Source: a phage
Length of the DNA: 40,794 nt
Sequence record: PZ683264.1
Reading direction: 5' to 3' (one strand)
Part shown: positions 36,323 to 40,794 of the stretch, piece after piece
How positions within the stretch are numbered: position 1 is the first letter of the stretch
Layout: each line of letters starts with the position of its first letter
The notes under the pieces: generated by a model
What the model was told of the DNA's origin: nothing
Seen by the model: the letters and a program-made list of their open reading frames with translations, nothing else
Databases searched by the model: none
Made by a program: the position numbers and the translations under genes

Positions 36323-36530
36323 TTTCAATGCTTATAATTTCAACATCAGCCCAATGACCGTAACCCGGTAAACGGTCTTCAATAGATAATCCGCCATCAT
36401 ATTTAAGCATTTTAATTGTCATAATATATGGCTCTAAATGGTCTTCTGTGAGAGGAGAAACGTCAGTCACACGATAAGTAACTTCAACCATTTCCGTACC
36501 TAATAATTTCTGAATTAATTTCTTAAACAT
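36315..36530 (-). CDS. Hypothetical protein (30.3' position)
   Basis: 71 aa ORF, ATG start. Confidence 0.55.
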   Translation of the reverse strand: MFKKLIQKLLGTEMVEVTYRVTDVSPLTEDHLEPYIMTIKMLKYDGGLSIEDRLPGYGHWADVEIISIENV

Positions 36531-36534
36531 TTTA

Positions 36535-36822
36535 TTAGAACCTCATCTGAAAACCGTGCGATTTAACATTACCGCCGCCAATATCAGAAATGTTAATTTC
36601 ACGCGCAATTGAAGGGTCAATGTCAATTTCGCGATTGAGTTTAGTGATAGCTAAAGTATCACGCCCATTTACTGTACGGAATTCTAAAGGACAAACCACA
36701 TCAACGTAGTTTTTAATCGATTCGCTAGTAGGTTGCAAATGTGCAGGAAGATCTTTAGGCGCCTTTGAGAAAACTACTTCGCAGAAGTTTTTACGGGTAT
36801 CAAAATAAGTGGTCATAAACAT
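36535..36822 (-). CDS. Hypothetical protein (30.x family)
   Basis: 95 aa ORF, ATG start with GAGGA Shine-Dalgarno. Confidence 0.6.
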   Translation of the reverse strand: MFMTTYFDTRKNFCEVVFSKAPKDLPAHLQPTSESIKNYVDVVCPLEFRTVNGRDTLAITKLNREIDIDPSIAREINISDIGGGNVKSHGFQMRF

Positions 36823-36837
36823 AATAATTTCCTCAGT

Positions 36838-36860
36838 GAGGGGCTGAAGCCCCTCATTTT
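36838..36860. terminator. Intergenic GC hairpin with a T-run on the plus strand (possible antisense terminator or RNA processing site)
   Basis: gaggggc-tgaa-gcccctc followed on the plus strand by attttatttt; lies between two minus-strand ORFs. Confidence 0.35.
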
Positions 36861-36863
36861 ATT

Positions 36864-37229
36864 TTAAATATCAAATTCGTTAAGAACTACATCAAAGATT
36901 GCTTCGAGATGTTCAGGTTTAGCTCTGTTACTCAGAATATGACGAATCCAAGTTTTAACTAGAAGCTTGCGATTAGCACCATTCCAGCAAGGATGAGTCC
37001 CTAAATCACGTTGACGAAAATCATCATCCAAAGCAATTTTGAAGTTGGAACCTTCCATCGTGATTGAAACCGTGATACCGTTTTCAAATCGCATATAAAC
37101 GTAGTTAGGAGTCATATACTGATCGATTTCGCATACTGATCCATTTTGATGTTTCCAAAGGCAAATAGTATCAATAGAACCTGCAATACCATTAGAAACA
37201 TATTTACGTTCAAAGTTAATGTAGTTCAT
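36864..37229 (-). CDS. Hypothetical protein (30.x family)
   Basis: Track start 37241 is TTG; ATG at 37229 with GGAGA Shine-Dalgarno gives 121 aa; early-promoter-like motif upstream. Confidence 0.6.
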   Translation of the reverse strand: MNYINFERKYVSNGIAGSIDTICLWKHQNGSVCEIDQYMTPNYVYMRFENGITVSITMEGSNFKIALDDDFRQRDLGTHPCWNGANRKLLVKTWIRHILSNRAKPEHLEAIFDVVLNEFDI

Positions 37230-37265
37230 TTTATTCTCCAAGATGTTTAATTGTGGTACAGGTAT

Positions 37266-37294
37266 ATAATATCATATCCTGTACCAAAGTAAAC
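37266..37294 (-). promoter_or_regulatory. Early (sigma70-like) promoter upstream of the 36864..37229 ORF
   Basis: Minus strand GTTTAC, 17 nt, TATTAT; the -10 lies inside an 8-bp inverted repeat ggtacagg/cctgtacc. Confidence 0.45.
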
Positions 37295-37296
37295 AA

Positions 37297-37629
37297 TTAT
37301 TTTACTACTTTCCAATGCTGCATGTCAAGTTTACCAACTTTTTTCATCTTCTCAATTAAGCGTTCGGCACGTTGGCGAGCTGTAACATAATGCCATTCGC
37401 CTAATTCATTTTGTTCAATTTTTCCAACGATTACTGTATTCAATTCATAAATCCAACCAGTAAAGAAATTATGAACTTGAATTGTAAAGGTGAAATCTGT
37501 TCCCATACCTTCTGTTGTTTCTACTTCAATGATATCACCTTCAACTGCCATTAAGAACCACATAGTTTCATCATATTTACCATTGAAGCATTTAGTTTTA
37601 ACTGCAGCGTTCAGATTAATCGTTTTCAT
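37297..37629 (-). CDS. Hypothetical protein (30.x family)
   Basis: 110 aa ORF, ATG with AGGAGA Shine-Dalgarno; early-promoter-like motif and terminator upstream. Confidence 0.6.
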   Translation of the reverse strand: MKTINLNAAVKTKCFNGKYDETMWFLMAVEGDIIEVETTEGMGTDFTFTIQVHNFFTGWIYELNTVIVGKIEQNELGEWHYVTARQRAERLIEKMKKVGKLDMQHWKVVK

Positions 37630-37657
37630 TTTATTCTCCTTTGTTTGTGTAAGATAA

Positions 37658-37686
37658 TACTATCACAAAGGAGCTATACTGTAAAC
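37658..37686 (-). promoter_or_regulatory. Early promoter-like motif upstream of the 37297..37629 ORF
   Basis: Minus strand GTTTAC, 17-18 nt, TAGTAT/ATAGTA; directly downstream of a terminator hairpin. Confidence 0.4.
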
Positions 37687-37699
37687 AACTTTGTGCAAT

Positions 37700-37734
37700 C
37701 TTTGGAAAATAAAAAAGGACTCCCGAAGGAGTCC
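37700..37734 (-). terminator. Rho-independent terminator downstream of the basic-protein ORF
   Basis: ggactcc-cgaa-ggagtcc hairpin followed on the minus strand by TTTTTTATTTT. Confidence 0.7.
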
Positions 37735-37739
37735 TCAAC

Positions 37740-37958
37740 TTATGCTTTCTGCTTACCAAAACGAGAAGCATCATCTCGAAGAACCGCACGTGCTCGGCGC
37801 ATGATCTTCTCAACAGTTTGATTGATACGAGAGTTCGACCCACGCTTGTAACCAGCGCGTTTAGAATCACCAACTTTCTTTTCAACTGCTTTCTTTGCTT
37901 TAGCTTGTTTTGCCATTATAAATTCTCTTTTAAATGAAAATGCAGGACTTATTGGCAT
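37740..37958 (-). CDS. Small highly basic protein (Lys/Arg-rich), possible nucleic-acid binder
   Basis: 72 aa per track; internal start at MAKQAKAKKAVEKK (37916) also possible; followed by a terminator hairpin; my hand count of this stretch disagreed with the track frame by 1 nt. Confidence 0.5.
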   Translation of the reverse strand: MPISPAFSFKREFIMAKQAKAKKAVEKKVGDSKRAGYKRGSNSRINQTVEKIMRRARAVLRDDASRFGKQKA

Positions 37959-38312
37959 TGCCTGCGAAAGCCCTCAAGGGGTACTTAGGTTTTGAATATT
38001 TAACGACAGGATAACCATAAACCCGTCATCATACCTTATAGCTCTTATCTGTTGCACACCGTTAGCTTAAAGGTTCCGGGTTCGATTTCTCGAGGATAAG
38101 ATATATACTGATGGATATATAGGCCTTGAGGCGTACTCCCGATTGGCCATCACCTCGGGGTAGCATGCACTTGCCGCTATAAGAATAACATTCAAGAGGT
38201 ACACCATAAAACTGCCGGGGTCTTAAAACTATAATGATTCGCAAATCATTAATCAGACAGTTCGATGGCTCCTCGATTTTAGCTCACACTAAGGCAGTGA
38301 ATCTCCAATAAA
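37959..38312. other. ORF-poor ~350-bp intergenic region with several predicted stem-loops
   Basis: No ATG-initiated ORF of 60 aa or more on either strand; long-range complementarity cctcaagg (about 37971) / ccttgagg (about 38124), tcttatc (about 38043) / gataaga (about 38095), and hairpin aatgatt-cgcaa-atcatt (about 38233-38254). Confidence 0.5.
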
Positions 38313-38561
38313 TTATTTCAGTGTTACCACAAAGTGACGAACTGCTTTTCGTGCAGCAGAAGCCAAAGGCTTAGCATACTTAAGTTCATCTTTTTCCTGA
38401 AGCTCAGCAGCTAATGCAGTTTGAGCAGGATTCAGATGTTTGAAATAACGCAGGATTTCAAGAGCTTCGGCTTCAACATCAATAGATGCGCCATAGTTTT
38501 CGTGACCATTATTCCATGCGTTTCGTTGCAGTTCAAGAGCGTGTTGTAATTGTTTAATCAT
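38313..38561 (-). CDS. rIII: rIII lysis inhibition accessory protein
   Basis: 82 aa starting MIKQLQHALELQRNAWNNGHENYG; directly downstream of gene 31. Confidence 0.85.
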   Translation of the reverse strand: MIKQLQHALELQRNAWNNGHENYGASIDVEAEALEILRYFKHLNPAQTALAAELQEKDELKYAKPLASAARKAVRHFVVTLK

Positions 38562-38699
38562 TTAAAAATTCTCGTTAGAGATTAAAACTCGGTAGTCACG
38601 TTCTTCTGAATTTCATCTTCTTTCGACAGATCTCTCAGTTGTAGACTACCACATAGAATTGTTCGGTTAACTTATTATTCCGACACCCAATTCATATTA

Positions 38700-38707
38700 T
38701 TATTTAT
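38700..38707 (-). promoter_or_regulatory. Late promoter core TATAAATA (minus strand) upstream of rIII
   Basis: Plus-strand tatttata just after the gene 31 stop, about 140 nt upstream of rIII. Confidence 0.45.
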
Positions 38708-38708
38708 A

Positions 38709-39044
38709 TCACTTATAAAGACACGGAATAGCTTTATAATGACAGGTAACAAATTTTTGTTTAATTTCTTTTGGCTGCTTAAGACCCAGAGCTACAAAAG
38801 GATGCGGAACATTTCGAATTTGACCAATTGGAAGAGAAGTCAAATCACCAACTTCGCAGAAACCTTTAGGAACATCAGGACCAACAGAGTGAACTACACA
38901 CAATTCAGGAACTTCACCTTGAACACGTTTACCGATAATAAGTCCTGATTCTGTAACTTCTTCATCACCGGCTTGTGCAGGTTCAGAAACTAAAATAACA
39001 TATTCACCGACAGCACGAATTGGTAGCTGTTGTACTTCAGACAT
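38709..39044 (-). CDS. 31: gp31 co-chaperonin (GroES functional analogue)
   Basis: 111 aa starting [22 protein letters not shown]; MotA-type middle promoter upstream. Confidence 0.9.
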   Translation of the reverse strand: MSEVQQLPIRAVGEYVILVSEPAQAGDEEVTESGLIIGKRVQGEVPELCVVHSVGPDVPKGFCEVGDLTSLPIGQIRNVPHPFVALGLKQPKEIKQKFVTCHYKAIPCLYK

Positions 39045-39074
39045 CGTTTTTCCTTTTTGCTAACAGATGAATTA

Positions 39075-39099
39075 ATAATAACAAATAATTCTTAAAGCA
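39075..39099 (-). promoter_or_regulatory. MotA-dependent middle promoter for gene 31
   Basis: Minus strand reads aaaTGCTTTAa (MotA box), 12 nt, TATTAT; in the 31.1-31 intergenic region. Confidence 0.55.
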
Positions 39100-39100
39100 T

Positions 39101-39409
39101 TTATTTACCAATAAATTGAAGCAAATGCTCAACTTTCATACCATTAACAGAAATCAATTTGTCAATAGAAAAACCTCGCCAAGCGCCAAGTTCAACATCA
39201 AATACTGGAATCATGTCAGTAGATTCTTTCCGAGTAGATTCAGTCAATTTACCAGTTTGCATGGTTGGCATAAAGTCTGCATCACGCGTACCTTTCATAG
39301 TACGAATAGTACCATCAGACTTTTCAAAAACTACGTTTGAAACACCCATGGACAGTTTAGTTTTCAAAATTTCACGAATTGCTACTTTCTGCTCAGTTGT
39401 CAGTTTCAT
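39101..39409 (-). CDS. Hypothetical protein (31.1 position)
   Basis: 102 aa ORF, ATG start. Confidence 0.6.
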   Translation of the reverse strand: MKLTTEQKVAIREILKTKLSMGVSNVVFEKSDGTIRTMKGTRDADFMPTMQTGKLTESTRKESTDMIPVFDVELGAWRGFSIDKLISVNGMKVEHLLQFIGK

Positions 39410-39646
39410 TTATTTACCTATTACAGTTTTAATATGAGTTGTTCCACGTTCTTTAAGAGTGGAAAGCAATTTTTGGCATTTTTCTAAATCAGATTTCCAA
39501 CTATACGGTCTATCAATACAAACCCATTCTGACTTATAATACTGCTTCCATTTAGAGAAAAAATATTTCTTATACTCTACAGCAAATGAAATGTTCTCGT
39601 TAGAATAAGAACTAATTGCTGTAAGCTGTACCAAACGAAATTTCAT
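39410..39646 (-). CDS. Hypothetical protein (31.2 position)
   Basis: 78 aa ORF, ATG start, abuts neighbours. Confidence 0.55.
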   Translation of the reverse strand: MKFRLVQLTAISSYSNENISFAVEYKKYFFSKWKQYYKSEWVCIDRPYSWKSDLEKCQKLLSTLKERGTTHIKTVIGK

Positions 39647-40227
39647 TATTCACCACAGAATTCGTTGATATTTTCCCAGTTTAACTTATTCAAGTTTTTC
39701 TTAGGAACATTAAACACTTCAATACCTGCATTTCGCAGAATATCATCCCAGCCAGGTTTATTTTTATCATATGTTTCGCAATAAACCAGCTTTTTAATTC
39801 CAGATTGGGCTATCGCTTTTGCACAATCTGGGCAAGGAGAAAGTGTTACATACATAGTAGCACCTTCAATTGAAGAACCATTTCGTGCAGCAAACAAAAT
39901 CGCATTTAGCTCAGCATGAATTTCATTTTTAGACGACCATTCAGAGTGAGCACTACGATGTTCTTTCGCCAAGACAAAACGATCAGTTGAACCAAATGAT
40001 ACGCATTCAGGCTTATGGCCTTGAATGATAGTATGTTTAGGCTTATTCAGCAACCAACCTTGCTCAGCAGCATAATCACAACAGTTCACACCCCCTGCGG
40101 GTGAACCATTATACCCAGTAGAAATAATACGTCCATTCTTTTCAATTACTGCTCCTACCTTCCAGGAGCAACATTTTGATTCCTGCGATACTAAATATGC
40201 AATTTGAAGTACTGTACTCGCTTTCAT
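39646..40227 (-). CDS. cd: dCMP deaminase
   Basis: 193 aa; zinc-binding motifs HAELNAI and PCPDCA. Confidence 0.92.
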   Translation of the reverse strand: MKASTVLQIAYLVSQESKCCSWKVGAVIEKNGRIISTGYNGSPAGGVNCCDYAAEQGWLLNKPKHTIIQGHKPECVSFGSTDRFVLAKEHRSAHSEWSSKNEIHAELNAILFAARNGSSIEGATMYVTLSPCPDCAKAIAQSGIKKLVYCETYDKNKPGWDDILRNAGIEVFNVPKKNLNKLNWENINEFCGE

Positions 40228-40562
40228 TTCATAATCACCAGATAAGCAGATTTAGCAGTTTCAACACGATAAATTTCATGACGAAGTTTAGTTATACTTT
40301 TAATAACAGAACTAATTATATTCTGCCCATCTTTAAAGCGGTTTTTCTTATCAATAAAAACTGCGCCAGTCATCTTTTTGTGAAGCTCAACTGGATACTT
40401 CGTCACAATAATAGCATCATACACAGAAGGATGAATACTATTCACCAGAGTATCATTCATTAAAGTTATTCTAATGAACTTTGCTGTTTCAGAGTCAAGC
40501 GCTCTATGATCGCCAGTATCATTTTCAAGACAATTATCAATTATATCAGTTAAATTCATCAT
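40224..40562 (-). CDS. Hypothetical protein (cd.1 position)
   Basis: 112 aa ORF, ATGA-coupled to cd. Confidence 0.6.
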   Translation of the reverse strand: MMNLTDIIDNCLENDTGDHRALDSETAKFIRITLMNDTLVNSIHPSVYDAIIVTKYPVELHKKMTGAVFIDKKNRFKDGQNIISSVIKSITKLRHEIYRVETAKSAYLVIMK

Positions 40563-40794
40563 AGTACGCCATACACCCTTTGTGCTTCAACTAATCCATC
40601 AAAATCCAGTTTAAGATGCGATATTTGATCGCCATCACCTGGATTCACAATTACTAATACTGAACGAGGAGTTTCGGTAATAACACGAACCGACGTTTCA
40701 GGAAATCGTTCAGAAACCTTATTTACCAATTCCTGAGCAAATAGTTTAACTTTTTCTTGGAATTCTTTAACAGTAATTGGTTTTTCACTTAGCA
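40559..40794 (-). CDS. Hypothetical protein, C-terminal part (cd.2 position; start lies beyond the window end)
   Basis: Minus-strand frame open from the window end to TGA at 40559-40561, overlapping the cd.1 start; hand translation ...VRVITETPRSVLVIVNPGDGDQISHLKLDFDGLVEAQRVYGVL. Confidence 0.5.
   Translation of the reverse strand, partial: LSEKPITVKEFQEKVKLFAQELVNKVSERFPETSVRVITETPRSVLVIVNPGDGDQISHLKLDFDGLVEAQRVYGVL

Noticed and set aside
37631-37885. 84-aa minus-strand ORF overlapping the basic-protein ORF
   Set aside because: Alternate frame of the basic-protein ORF extending across its terminator hairpin and the promoter-like motif; no ribosome-binding context.
38040-38105. tRNA-like T-arm string (ggttccgggttcgatttc) flanked by complementary tcttatc/gataaga
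   Set aside because: Could not build acceptor, D and anticodon arms of a cloverleaf; the paired span is too short (~57 nt) and the T-stem pairs poorly. Left as part of the ORF-free region finding rather than called a tRNA.
38062-38244. 60-aa minus-strand track ORF in the ORF-free region
   Set aside because: First codon is TTG, there is no Shine-Dalgarno, and the composition is atypical (MRIIIVLRPRQFYG...); likely non-coding.

Overview
This window reads as a contiguous segment of a T4-type (Tevenvirinae) myovirus genome, with gene order matching phage T4 from the 3' part of gene 12 (short tail fibre) through wac, neck (13, 14), tail completion (15), terminase (16, 17), tail sheath and tube (18, 19), portal (20), prohead core, protease and scaffold (67, 68, 21, 22), major capsid (23), vertex (24), rnlB, hoc, inh, uvsW, uvsY, baseplate hub genes (25, 26, 51, 27, 28, 29, 48, 54), alt, DNA ligase (30), a block of small early ORFs, rIII, 31, cd and the start of the cd.x genes. 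Identification rests on motifs read directly from the translations (for example the fibritin foldon [27 protein letters not shown], terminase Walker A, ligase KxDGxR, dCMP deaminase HAE/PCxxC) plus T4 protein lengths and synteny recalled from memory; no database search was run. I do not see a clearly novel multi-gene system such as a defence island, CRISPR array, transposon or integron. The observations most worth a second look are: a tandem duplication adding an Ig-like module to Hoc; a frameshifted remnant of a second alt 5' end just downstream of alt; a ~350 bp ORF-free stretch between the 30.x block and rIII; a NADAR/YbiA-like ORF and a HAD-like ORF in the early block next to the Alt ADP-ribosyltransferase; and absence of the seg homing-endonuclease genes that T4 carries between 23/24 and inh/uvsW. 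CDS coordinates follow the supplied ORF track, adjusted where the track's first codon is TTG and a downstream ATG with a Shine-Dalgarno exists; hand-indexed motif coordinates may be off by 1-2 nt.
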